NCBI RefSeq assembly: GCF_006345805.1
Contig: NC_042998.1
Location: 113,088,001 to 113,152,000 of the forward strand
Direction of reading: 5' to 3'
DNA length: 64,000 nt
Source of the DNA: Octopus sinensis
Taxonomy: Eukaryota
Part shown: one piece after another, positions 14,269 to 27,261 of the stretch
Numbering within the stretch: position 1 is the first letter of the stretch
Layout: the number at the start of each line of letters is the position of its first letter
Translations under genes and position numbers: made by a program
The notes under the pieces: generated by a model
Told to the model about the DNA's origin: nothing
Databases searched by the model: none
Seen by the model: the letters and a program-made list of their open reading frames with translations, nothing else

Positions 14269-14454
14269 CTTTATTATTATAGCTGAAAAAACATCACAAA
14301 AATATCACAAAAAACTACTACACAGAGCTTCACGTTCTCGTTCGTCGGACAGTTTTGATACACACACACGCACACATATGTGTGAGTATATATATATATT
14401 TGATAGAGCAGTTTTTCGTGATATTTTGTGATGTTTTTGCAGCTTTTAATAAAG
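14269..14454 (-). mobile_element. Penelope-like relic with degenerate type I hammerhead and inverted arm
   Basis: Minus 14356-14311: AAAACTGT-CCGACGA-ACG agaa CGT-GAAGC tctgt GTA-GTAGTTTT; 14269-14320 is inverted at 14407-14454. Confidence 0.6.
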
Positions 14455-14484
14455 TATATATATATATATATATATATATACATA

Positions 14485-14878
14485 GGCGCAAGAGTGGCTG
14501 TGTGGTAAATAGTTTGCTTACCAACCACATGGGTCCGGTTTCAGTCCCATGCGTGGCACCTTGGGCAAGTGTCCTCTACTATAGCCTCGGATCGACCAAA
14601 GCCTTGTGAGTGGATTTGGTAGACGGAAACTGAAAGAAGCCCGTCATATATATGTATATATATGTATGTGTGTGTGTTTGTGTGTCTGTGTTTGTCCCCC
14701 CACCATCGCTTGACAACCGATGCTGGAGCGTTTACGTCCCCGTCACTTAGTGGTTCGGCAAGAGAGACCGATAGAATAAGTGCTAGGCTTACAAAGAATA
14801 AGTCCTGGGATCGATTTGCTCGACTAAACGCGGTGCTCCAGCGGCCAAATGACTGAAACAAATAAAAATAAAAAGAAT
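14485..14878 (+). mobile_element. tRNA-derived CORE-type SINE, near full length
   Basis: A/B-box-like head (GGCTGTGTGGT...GGTTTCAGTCCC), CORE-like ACCTTGGGCAAGT, internal TA/TG tract, conserved 3' part; copies at ~27672-28130, 54515-54897, 57420-57980 and others. Confidence 0.8.
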
Positions 14879-15181
14879 ATATAACGATAGAGACGGGAAA
14901 TATAATACATGGGAAACTTTATTGCTCTCAACGAGCGTTCCGACACATCGTGCGTCGATCCTTTCCTCGCGGATAGAAAACTGTAGAACGACCGTGCGAA
15001 GGAGAGGTAACGATGAATGGCTCCTTTAGTACATCACACGGTCGATACAATGAATACAAAAAGAATAAATGAGTACAAGTGCTAGAGGGAAAACACAACC
15101 GATATAATGTTAAGAGAAGATTTTATTTGTGTTAATATGTGTGTCTGTGTGTGCGTCATATAAGAATACTACTACTAATAA

Positions 15182-15255
<74 letters not shown>

Positions 15256-16285
15256 GGCAGGCCGTCATGTATACATAATGTGTATGTGTGTGCATTAAAT
15301 ACAGAGCATAGAAAGAGTCAATAATAGGGCGCTAGAAGAATGTTCAGACACAAGGAAGATAAATACCAGTTCGTAGTAAGGTACACAATAGATGAAGTTC
15401 TGTAACAAGAAGTTGAGGCGAAGAAGTAGAGCCGGTTGAGATACATGTCGTGTAAGAAGTTATGGCTACTATGCTGCTGCCGGTCACTTGATACAGGAAG
15501 TTCTCGAAGGTTGTATTTTCTGTTAACCATGGTGAAATGATTCACGAACAGTGAGGAAACAGAACCATGTGCGACGGTTGAGGGTTGCTGTGTACGTAGA
15601 GAGATGTTGTTGGCGACGGAGACGGAGATTGCCGTATGCTGCTGGTCGAGTGTTGATTCGTCTCCATGTGCCTGTTGTCGCTGGAACTGGCTGTATGCTC
15701 TGTGGTCAATAGTTAGACCTTAGAAGGTCTAGAACCAAAGACCTCGACTCGGTGTTGAAGCTAGCATTTTATAGTGAACTGTCGGCGCAAACGGAAGTCC
15801 AGAAGAGACTTCTCACATGACCTTATCAGAAGACTGCGACTGGTTGGGTTGCACATTGGCGCGTAACAGAGCAAGAGAGAAATGTGCGCCAATACCAACC
15901 AATCAGAGTAGTGGACACAATATGGTCCAAACGGCGAGAGAGAGTCCGCTACAAAACTATACAATTAGTTTGATCAGCTCAAAAGAGATGTTATATATGA
16001 GAGAAAGAGAGAGAGAGATTAGTTTTACTAGGATATGTAACAGGATGAATGAGTCTCGATGCAGTCCTCCAACATACTACAACTAGCAGCCAAATCTCCC
16101 TTATATTACTCCTTTACTATCTTAAAAGAGGAAGGACACAATATAACTATCAGCACTAGTTATATTTTAACTTTAGTAAAAGGCGGAAGGTTATGATTAG
16201 AAAACTATTCACTACATATGTCTGCTTAATCAGGTGTTCTTGGCCTAAGCAGCAACAACAATAGGTACCGATAGTTAATTTAAAC

Positions 16286-16509
16286 CAGTAGTTCTCAATC
16301 AGGGTCCATATAAGAAACGGCTAGGTTTCTTTCTCTAAAATGTTACGTAGTTCATACTATACAAGTTGATGTGTTACAAACAAAATAGGAGTGTTGAAGG
16401 AGGTATCTATAGAACTAGCTTATAAACATAGAGAGGCTATGAGGGTCTACCAAAGTAAAATAGTGATCAAAGAGATCCATAGATAAAAAAAAATGATTGA
16501 GAACCACTG
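16286..16509. mobile_element. hAT (Charlie-type) MITE
   Basis: TIRs CAGTAGTTCTCAATC / GATTGAGAACCACTG; 8-bp TSD ATTTAAAC/GTTTAAAC. Confidence 0.8.
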
Positions 16510-17083
16510 GTTTAAACCAATGGTTTATTTCTACGGTAGTTGCAATTCATAATTCTTGTTGGGCTCTATATGCAAAAAAAAATCGAACACAAAACGCTAA
16601 GTTGTTTATTTGCAGTTTATCTACAATTTGTGAAATACTTGTTATTTCTATATGTACCACTTTACATATCTATTCACCGCAGACATCGATGATTTCTTAA
16701 TATAAAGAGTAGTGTTAATATAAAGCACATGCTTATTTCCTCTTAAATTTCTCCTACCAAAATCAAAGAAGCTGCTTTTATCTGATTCTGAGAAAAATCA
16801 ACGGAAGAAAGTTTTATTTCTGAGATAGATGAGTTTGTATACCTTGAATGAAAACAGTTTTAGACAGGGCTCTTCCTAACTTCTTGAACGTCAGAACTTA
16901 CCTCTTCTTTTGGTACACAAACTAAACTTATTTTACAAATTTTATCAAATATTTGGGAGCTTTTTGTTTCTTTGTTTTAGGTTTGTCTTTTTCTTGTACC
17001 CTTGTAGACCATCGGTAAGTTATCTAGAATTCTAGAATTTTCCTTAATAATTTTTGACTGTATTATTTTTCTATTATACATAG

Positions 17084-17671
17084 GTGTGTAAAGCTGTTGA
17101 TTACTTACACAGCCAAAATATTACTCACCGTGATTTGAAGCTTGAGAACCTACTTTTAGATCAAAACTACAACATCAAAATCACTGATTTCGGTTTCGTA
17201 ACAAGTAATAAAAAATGTGAATTAAGTCAAACATACTGCGGGACTAAATCCTATGCTTCGCCAGAGATACTTCGCGGCGAACCATATGATCCACGTAAAG
17301 CGGATACATGGGCAATCGGCGTAATACTTTATATAATGGGTACCAGCCGGATGCCGTTTGATGAAAGTAGAGGAATAAAACGAATAATTGAAGACCAAAA
17401 ACGGCTTAATTTGTCATGGGGTAAGACCCATAAGATCAGCCGGGATTGTCGACACCTGCTCAAGCGTTTATTCACATACGCCTATATGAGCCGACCATCG
17501 GTGCATGACATTCTGTTAAATAAATGGTTTCATTCTGAAACCAACAGGGAAAAACATGTTGAATATAAAGAGCGTAGAGAAATTAAGGAGAAAGCAGAGG
17601 AATTTGATACTATCGATGGAGTGAAAAAGACTAAAGAGAAAAGCTCAGCCCCAAATGACTCAGAGCGATAA
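17084..17671 (+). CDS. TSSK: TSSK-family kinase, exon 3 (catalytic loop to stop); TSSK4-like
   Basis: Acceptor ttctattatacatag|GTG; HRDLKLENLLL, DFG, LSQTYCGTKSYASPEILRGEPYDP, DTWAIGVILY, MPFD; TAA ends 17671. Spliced CDS 175+302+588=1065 nt, 354 aa. Confidence 0.95.
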   Translation: MCKAVDYLHSQNITHRDLKLENLLLDQNYNIKITDFGFVTSNKKCELSQTYCGTKSYASPEILRGEPYDPRKADTWAIGVILYIMGTSRMPFDESRGIKRIIEDQKRLNLSWGKTHKISRDCRHLLKRLFTYAYMSRPSVHDILLNKWFHSETNREKHVEYKERREIKEKAEEFDTIDGVKKTKEKSSAPNDSER

Positions 17672-17881
17672 AAACAAAACCTTCGTAAAATGTTTTCGTT
17701 GCACCTACCTTTTGAATGACCGAGATGCATGTTTCATAAAAGATGTGCTGACTTTATTCTGAATACCGTCTTAAAAACTACTGAATCAAATAGATCCCCT
17801 TATATTTACTAAAAGGCAGTGAAGTTTTCCATTAACAATTCATTCTTCAAAAAGCCTTTACAGCTTTATATTTACTGCATC

Positions 17882-17887
17882 AATAAA
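17882..17887 (+). promoter_or_regulatory. Candidate polyadenylation signal of the TSSK gene
   Basis: AATAAA about 210 nt downstream of the stop codon. Confidence 0.5.
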
Positions 17888-19477
17888 AACAGTTGTAAGA
17901 CTTTTATGATATTGCTATTGTTGTTATTGTTTAGCCCAAAATCGGCCTTATCAAGCAGACCTATGACTGAAGACATTTCAACTGTAACCATTCCAGGTTT
18001 TGTTTTGTTTTTTTTTTATTTTTCCAGATTGCATCTAAGAATACTTCATCCAATGTGTCATTTCTTTCTTTCTTTCTTTCTTTTTACTTTTCTTAAGAAT
18101 GCAAGGTGTAATTTGAGGAACATTTGGCTAGGTTTTCTAATGGATCGAACGACCACATAGAGGCTCTCTCAAGGATTCTGTAAGATGCATATGTTGTTGC
18201 AGTGTTCTTTAAATTATGGATATTTGTTACTCAGTAGTCATATTCAAAGAAAACCTTTACCACATGTCTCACAACTAAGGCTGCATTTGTTTAAATGTTT
18301 TATTTATTTAATAGTTAGGTTTGTGTTAACATTTAAAATGCAAGGAATATTAAAAAGCTAACTAAACACAATTACAAGGTCAAAACTGTCCTTCATGACG
18401 AAGTCAATATAAATACCAAAAAAACATACCTGGAATTGTCTCCTGGAATTACTGAAAAATGAAAATATTAGACATTGACTGATGTTGTTTTGTTTTCCCT
18501 AACCCCTATAGTTATTTCTAGTGTGATTTTTAATGTCCTGTGCATTAAATATGTTATAGATATCCAAATATTTAGAAAGTTCATACTGTAAGAGATACCA
18601 AAATAACTGCTGATTAGCAGAATCGTTAAAAATACTTGTGGTTAGAGACCTTTATGTCCTGAGATCATAACCTACAAGATTGATAAATAAAAATACCAGT
18701 CCAAGTTTACATCGTTGAGAACAATACAGAATGATACCGAGGATATGAACTTTGTTGACATGTCTGTGAGTATGAACGATAGACATGAATATCTGGAAGC
18801 CATTTGAGTTAATTGACGTAGGAATACAGCTGCAACGGCGGCAGCAGCAGCAGAAGTTTGTTTTTACAACTTCAAGTTTACCAGTCTAGGACGTATTTGA
18901 TAAATCAACTCATACATACATGCATGTGCGAGAACATGGGTGTGTGTATATTCATTGCAATCAAGAATCAAAACAGGCTTAATGTCTTTACTAGACAAAA
19001 AAATTAAACTACAGCACTCACTAATCATAAATATATCAAGATATAAATCTGGCACCCAGTGATGTTGGTGAAGGCCTTTCCTGGCAACAATTAATTCAAA
19101 GAAGAATATTCAGAATATTGATACAATTGCTATGAAGAGGGAAAAGACTGACATTGCAGGTTTTTTCTGTTTTCTATGGAAGAGAAACAGCCCGAAACTT
19201 TAGACCTTTGACTTCTCAAGCCAATTGACAATATCAATGTCCTTTAACTTTCCCGCAAATAATAATGATAATAATAATACTTTCTACTATAGGCACAGGG
19301 CCTGAAATTTTGGGGGAAGGGGCAAGTCGATTACATCGACTCCAGTACTCAACTGGTACTTAATTTACCGACCCCGAAAGATGAAAGGCAAAGTCGACCT
19401 CGACGGAACTTGAACGTAGAACGAAATGTCGCTAAGCATTTTGCCCGGCGTGCTAACGATTCTGCCAGTTCGCCGCC

Positions 19478-19478
<1 letters not shown>

Positions 19479-19575
<97 letters not shown>
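19479..19575. repeat. (TAA)n microsatellite
   Basis: Direct reading. Confidence 0.95.
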
Positions 19576-20122
19576 TAATTCGTTTATTGGCCACAAGGGC
19601 TAACAAAAACCAATTATAACATGTAGGAACAAAACACAGGACGAAAGTTACAAAGGGTTTTGTCCGTTTTAAAAAAAGTCCGTGTACAAAAGTAGGATAA
19701 CAACGAAAATATGTAACAAATAGAACTCCCAATAGGGGGAGGCGCTTCGAAAGGTTACTCGTAGAAAAACCCATAAAAGCCACGGGAGCCTGATCCGGGG
19801 GGGGGGAGCCACTTTCTCCTTTTGTAATACCTTTTTTTTTTACAGGTGTATCCTCAGAATTGATCCGTTCATACTGGCCATTCTTGCGACATTCACCCAC
19901 CTTTCAATAAACTTTACTACGAGACAGCACTTCCCTCTCTACTCTCATCTTCCTTTTCAAGTGAAACTTGAAAAAGTTGATGAGGCCTTGGCCAAAGAGG
20001 AAAGTGTCTGACCTTAGCCCTTTCAAATGGGGCCACCATATCACCTCTTTCGCTACAGCAACTAGGCAAAGGAAAATTGCCTTGCCCTCCCGGTTAAAGG
20101 AGGTCGGCGGGGCAATCCTCAC

Positions 20123-20123
<1 letters not shown>
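19576..20123 (-). mobile_element. Tx1-clade LINE 3' fragment
   Basis: IFLCLVAVAKEVIWW...FFKFHLKRKMRVERE...(frameshift)FIERW, resembling a Tx1 ORF2 C-terminus; 3' UTR ends AATAAA then (TTA)n; TAA tracts on both sides. Confidence 0.6.
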
Positions 20124-20154
<31 letters not shown>

Positions 20155-20155
<1 letters not shown>

Positions 20156-22745
20156 GCCAGCGCTTCTTTGAACAAAACAAAAAGTTCAACTCCAACCCCA
20201 AAAGTTCTACCAAGAACTTGGCAAAAATAAAATAGAAATCACTGCAGCACCAACAGCAGAAGTGGAAGAATTCTGGAGAGAAATATGGTCAGCAAACGAA
20301 CAACCAAAAAAAAGGAGTATCAAAACAACAAACTCAGCATCTGAGCAACTTTGGACCCCCATAACAACTGAAGAGGTCACCCAGGCACTGCAAAGACTAA
20401 GCAACTGGAAGGCACCTGGGCATGACAAGATCCCCAATTTCTGGTTGAAATATCTATCAGGAATGCACAAAAAGCTGGCTGAAGACAGAGCCAGAGACAA
20501 TGCCTGAATGGCTCACGAAGGGAAAACCATCTTAATTCCCAAATCAAATGAGACAGCAAAACCAGAAAACTACAGACCAATAACCTGCCTCCCTACAATG
20601 TACAAGGCATTTACTGCAGTGATATCGCAAAGGTTGAACAAGCACCTGGACGTAAACAACCTGTTTCCAGAAGAGCAGAAAGGATGCCGCAAAGGCTCAT
20701 ATGGCTGTAAAGATCAACTAATGATTAATAAAGCCATAACTGAAGACAGCCACAGAAAGAAGAAAGGTCTCAGTATGGCCTGGATCGACTACAAAAAGGC
20801 GTTAGATAGCATCCCCCACACATGGATCCTCGAAACACTAGCCATTAACAAAGTAGCACCAACAATTATAAAATTCATAGGGCACTCTATGAATAAATGG
20901 CAAACAGTGCTACAGCTCCAAACAAAAGAGGGACTCATGAAAACCAAAGCCATCCCCATTAGAAGAGGAATATTCCAGGGAGACACGCTCTCTCCACTCC
21001 TTTTCTGCTTGGCACTGTCACCTCTATCTGATATGCTAAATAGAACTGGATGCGGATATAAATGTTATGGCAAAACGATCAGCCACCTTTTAGGATGACC
21101 TAAAACTATACGCTGCAAATGACAAACAGCTGGAAACACTATTAAAGACAGTTCATGGATTTACCAAAGAAATAGATATGAAATTTGGATTAGAAAAATG
21201 CACCAAAGTAACCCTGAAAAGAGGAAAACTAGTTAAGAGTAGTAACATCACACTAGATAAAAACCAATGAAATAAAAGAATTAGACCAAAGCCAAACTTA
21301 CAAATACTTAGGAATCCATGAACTAGATAAGACACAACACACACAAATGAAAGAGAAAATAAAAAGATAATATTATAGACGAGTTAGATCAATACTAAAA
21401 ACATAGCTCAATGCTAAAAACAAGATAATAGGTATTAACAATTTAGCTGTCCCAGTTATAAGTTACAGCTTCAATATCCTTAACTGGACACTAAATGAAC
21501 TGACCAAAATAGATAGGAAAACAAGAAAAATAATGACAGGATCTAAGATGCATCACCCAAAATCTGACATAGAAAGACTATATATACAACGTATAGAAGG
21601 TGGTAGAGGCCTTATACAGCTGGAAAACTACTATAAAATAACCACCATAGGATTGCAAAAATATCTACTTCAGAAGGAAGGAAAACTGATACAAATAGCG
21701 GCAAAACACAAGCAAAACAAAAAACTGTTCTCAGTATTTAAGGAAGCTGACAAATACAAACAAGAAATCATACCACCTAATAAATATGAAAAAGAAGAAG
21801 AAGATGAAGAAACAACAAAAACTATAAAACAAATGAAATCCAAACTAAAAATAGAACAGCAACGAACCATGATAAAACGATGGCAAGAAAAGCCCCTTCA
21901 TGGTAAATACTGGACTAAACTAAACGCAAAAGAAATAGACAAAGAAAAATCCCAGCAATGGTTGAGAAGCTCAGGACTCAAAGCAGAGACAGAGGGATTT
22001 TTAACTGCAGCACAAGATCAAAGCCTCCCCACCAGAAATTACCAAAAACATGTAATGAAAAGAAATATAACTAGTAACTGCAGAATATGTGGAGATGGAC
22101 AAGAAACAATAAATCATATTATCTCTGGCTGCCCAGTCCTGGCTAAGAAGGAATATATTCACAGACATGACAGAGTTGGAACCTACATACACTGGAAGCT
22201 ATGCCAACATTATGGAATAACAACAGAAAAAAGATGGTATAGGCACACACCAGAAAAGGTCACAGAAAACGAGAAAGCAACCATACTCTGGGATATGCCG
22301 ATACACACAGATAGAGAAATTAAGGCCAACAGACCAGATATAGTTGTCAGGGATCATGAAGAAAAAAATGCTTTCTAATTGATGTATCAATACCGGCAGA
22401 TGACAACGTGTCTCTAAAAGAAATGGAGAAACTTTCAAAATACAAAGACCTGGAAATAGAGGTAACCAGAATGTGGAATCTAAAAACAGAAACAATTCCT
22501 ATCATAGTAGGTGCATTAGGCATGATAAAAAAATATTCAGACAAATACATAACAAAAACACCAGGACTTACAAACACATATAACATACAGAAAATTGCAC
22601 TACTAGGCACTGCACACATCCTACGCAGAACACTTTCCATACAATAACCATCAGAGCATCACAACAAATCACAGCACATACCCAAGGCACACAGAGCTGC
22701 GCTCGGTAGTGAAGTGAAAGCACACTATAAAAATAAAACTACTGA
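20155..22745 (+). mobile_element. R4/Dong-clade non-LTR retrotransposon, 5'-truncated and frameshifted
   Basis: WKAPGHD, YRPITCLPTMYK, WIDYKKALDS, GIFQGDTLSPLLF, damaged YMDD; CCHC CRICGDGQETINHIISGC, RHD, RPDIVV, KYKDL, PIIVGALG; (TAA)n on both sides, the known Dong-type target. Confidence 0.92.
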
Positions 22746-23307
22746 ATAATAATAATAATAATAATGCCCTGATGCAGTACCAGACAATGGCTCTCATAGC
22801 TCCTGATCTTAACTTATTGGAAGTGTTATCGCGCACATTGTATTGTCATGGCTACAGCAAATATTCTGCTCAATACCACAGATTTGCTTGTCAGTTGTTT
22901 GAAGTTTACCAGTTGAGCATGTCTCTTAGTGGCTGATGATATGTGCATCTCTGATCACGAGCAGAAGTAGTAGGGGAGCATCATAGCCGTGTGTTGAAAG
23001 GAATTCTTGGAGGTTTGGATAATTCACCTTTGGAAACATGGGTGTTACGTTCAACATCCTTAAACAATTCTTATTCAGGGACCCTTTTGAGTGGGATGGG
23101 CTACTCGACCAGAAGAAAATTCAAACTGGGCTCCACCTGCAAGGTCATGCGCTGTTTATCTTGATATGAGATCACCATGTTGCGCACATATGGTTGTGAT
23201 ACATGTGCCTGGTGTACCCTTATCAGACGGGTAGTCATGATGGGTATACTGGGCTTCGTATATTTTACCCCAGTGTCACTTTGATGGCATGCACTGCTTT
23301 CTCACTC

Positions 23308-23982
23308 ATCATCATCATCATCATCATCATTTAGCGTCCGTTTTCCATGCTAGCATGGGTTGGACGGTTCTACTGGGGTCTGTGAAGCCAGAAGGCTTCA
23401 TCAGGCCCAGTCAAATCTGGCAGTGTTTCTACGGCTGGATGCCCTTCCTAACGCCAACCACTCCGTGAGTGTAGTGGGTGCTTTTTACGTGCCACCCGCA
23501 CTGGTGCCAGACAGAGCTGGCAAACGGCCACGAACGGATGGTGCTTTTTATGTGCCACCGGCACGAGGGCCAGGCGAGGCTGGCAACGGACACGAAACGG
23601 GGCGGTGCTGGCAACGGTCGCGAAACGGAAAGTTCTCTTACATGCCACCAGCACTGGTAACACATCTGCAATTTCCATTGATCGATTTCCATTGATCGAT
23701 TTCGATTCTGATCCTCACTTGCCTCAATGGGTCTTCACAAGCAGAGTTTCGACATGCCACCGGCACTGGTAGCACATCCGCAATTTCCATTGATCGATTT
23801 CGATTCTGATCCTCACTTGCCTCAACACGTCTTCACAAGTAGAGTTTTGTGTCCCAAGAAGGGAAGGTATGCATACGTAGGCTGGCTCCATCCCATGTAG
23901 AAGGCCACGGGTTGTGGACTCACTTGTCCTGCCGGGTCTTCTCGCGCACAGCACACTTCCAGAGGTCTCGGTCTCTAGTCAA
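23308..23982 (-). mobile_element. RTE-clade LINE 3' end with (GAT)n tail
   Basis: Matches the 3' UTR of the copy at 32268-33302; tail-only copies at ~25735-26038, 34650-34797, 40955-41210, 43712-43838, 50120-50385. Confidence 0.8.
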
Positions 23983-24459
23983 TAAGAATGATAATAATAA
24001 TAATGGGCTTTCCCACCGAAGATGACATATGAGTGTTCAACTTTTACTAAACGACCTGCACAAATGATTTGTTTATAGTGATCAAATGTTCATGCAATAC
24101 ATAAGCTCACACTCTCCATCAAATCAACATTGTCTGAACAGGTGCACAGTGTACCATGCATCAGGTGTTGAAGTGATCACAGAGCAACATGAGATGAAGT
24201 GTTTTTACTCAAGGCCACAACGCACCACTGGTCTAGGAAGTGAAATCATGATTTAGCAATTATGGTATATGATCGTTGAATACGTTTTGATATATTTTAT
24301 TTCGACTTCATTATTGGGAATAAAAATCTTTTGAATTTATCTACAGACGTAGAGCAAATGAACGTCTAAACAGAATACAAACAAGATCACTAACTCTGTT
24401 TCAATTTTTAACCACAAATAACAGCCCATCCAAATAAACGCCCATGGGCAAGCTAATGG

Positions 24460-25561
24460 ATGGGCATATTTTCAGAAAACTCCAATAATACTGTAATATT
24501 TGTAATATTAAAAGGAAAAGAAATCTGTGCTCTGTGTAAACCTGGTAATTGTTTATAAAGCAGCAATATTTGTAATTTTTATGCAAGCTATTTGACAATG
24601 GAGATATCTTCTCTAAACATCTTCCTTTAGTTAATATTTATATATTATAAACAGTGTCTTTTAATTCTATATTTTAAATTATCTTTGGTTTCTGAAGCGA
24701 ATTTTCTGCCAAGAATAGTTATAATAGACTATTCTTGGCAGCTGAAACAATTCATAAAAACTGAAAGTATATTAGGAAAAGAGTTAGCTATTGCTATAGT
24801 TGCCTACTATCAAATGACAGCATATATTGTAATATACTACCTAATTTTACAGAACTTCTTGGCTATGAATGCTGTATTCATGGATATGGATTTGAAACTG
24901 AGATATACAAGAAATCATTCATTAAGAATGAATATTTGAAGACACCTATTATGCTATTGAAGTAAGTTTTTATGGATGACATCATTAGTGGAACCAAAGG
25001 CAGCAGCAAAAGAAAAATGTGTAAAAGGACTTTTAATGTAAGACCTAGAAATTCGTGACCAACTCACAAAGAGGCATTATGGTGTAAGGTAACATTTTGC
25101 TACTCCTTTTCATGATGGTTCTAGAGTTGATTTAAAGACAGGCAAAGAAAGAAGATTGAGAGACATTTTGTTCTTTGGCTGCTAAAACTATGGGCAAATG
25201 AAGTCACCACCATACTAAAAGCAAAACTAATGTTTGTGCATAATATAGGAGCAAGTTATACATACCTACAAGTTGTTAGACATTCATGCAAACAAAAGTA
25301 TCTCTACAGGAAATATACAAAATATCTCCATGCAAAGTATATCATACATCCATACAAAATATTTCTTAGTTAAAACATGTCATATGTATATACCCATAAA
25401 AAAAAAATTTCTGCATAAAATATGTAATACAATCACAAAACACTATCGCAACAGAAAATATATTAGAATATATAACAGAGCAAACATACAAAGAAAAATA
25501 GATGGAAAAGTGTACTAGAAAATCCCTACAAAGTTGACTTGGTTTTATAGTGCTTGAAAAC

Positions 25562-25610
<49 letters not shown>

Positions 25611-26583
25611 GCACAATGGCCCAGTGATTAAGGCAGCGAACTCGTGGTCGTAGGAGTGCTGGTTATACCTTAAATTTAATAAAAGGCAGAAGGTTAATGT
25701 TGGAAAACTATTTATTACATATATCATTGCCAGAGCGGCTAACTGACTTCCGCGCTGAAGGCACCATTCGAGCAGGATTATTACCAGCATTGCCTTACTG
25801 GCACCTGTGCCGTTGGCATGTGTAAAAAATTCAAACGAGGTCGTTGCCAGTACCGCCTGACTGACCCCCGTGCCGGTGGCACATAAAAGCACCCACTACA
25901 CACTCAGACTGGTTGGCATTAGGAAGGGCATCCAGCTGTAGAAACTCTGCCAGATCAAGACTGCCCACAGTCAAACCGTCCAACCCATGCTAGCATGGAA
26001 AGTGGACGTTAAACGAGGATGATGATGATGATGATGATCTGCTCAATCAGGTGTTCTTGCATCATGGGAACTGGACAGTATATTACTACTGCATAACTCC
26101 TGCTGCCTTTAATATAATGTGCATACGATTTCATGGGACTCCTATAGTTGCATTGTTCATGAAGCAGAGAGAGCAATATTGACAAGAAAAATTTTTTTTT
26201 TTTTAAAACAGAAAAGAAAAACTGTTGAGATGCAAGAGTTTAACCTGGAAATGAAAGAAATGATCAGAGCTGTACAGAACACAAGGACTGAACTAGGATT
26301 GATGTAAGACAAAAACAAAGGAGTATCCAATCAGAATGCCAAGAGTATGTAAAATATTGTAACCAGACAAATTTGCCAGACTGGAGAGGAAGAGTGGACA
26401 GCAAAAATAATGGACATGAGTTGGCCTGGGGCTATAGTAGAAAACATTTACCTAAGGTATTACACAATGAGACTGAACCCAAAAGTGCATGATTGTGAAG
26501 CAAACTTCCTAACCACACAGCTCTGCCTTTGCCAACACATACATACAGATATTCATCATTTTAACATCTACTTTAAATATATA

Positions 26584-26637
<54 letters not shown>

Positions 26638-27230
26638 GAGAGAGAGACACACACATTCTTGTGTCTTCCATCTTCTGTCTCTTTCATTTGATGTATGTAT
26701 GTATGTATGTATGTATGTATGTATGTATGTATGTATGTATGCATGTAATCTCTAGCTATAGAGGGGATCTATAGAAGAGGTAGACCCAGAAGACGTGGGA
26801 CAAGTAGATGAAGTATGATCTTTGGTTGCTGAGTCTCTTTGTTGTTGAGTCTCATGGAAACAATGGCAAGTGATGGAGACTTCTGGTGATTTGCTGTGCT
26901 TGAGAAGAGTCTTTAAGCCACCTCAAATTCAAATCAAACATACTGCACTATACCCGCCCTTATGCATTGAATCTAAGTTCCAAATATCATAAGGATCCAT
27001 TCAGTAATTTTGGTCCATAAAATTGTATGAAACACACAGCATTACTCTACTCCCTAGGCTTGGATTTTGTGTTCCAAATTTCATTAGGATCAGTGCAGTA
27101 GTTTTCGAATCTATAAGTAACACACACGAACAGACATAAAGACATTGACTTTCATATAATAGATATAAATATGCACATATACATATATATATATACATAC
27201 ATAATATATGTATGTGTGTATGAATGTATG

Positions 27231-27261
<31 letters not shown>

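Noticed and set aside
14485-14560. tRNA-like sequence
   Set aside because: SINE head; no complete cloverleaf and continues into CORE-like sequence
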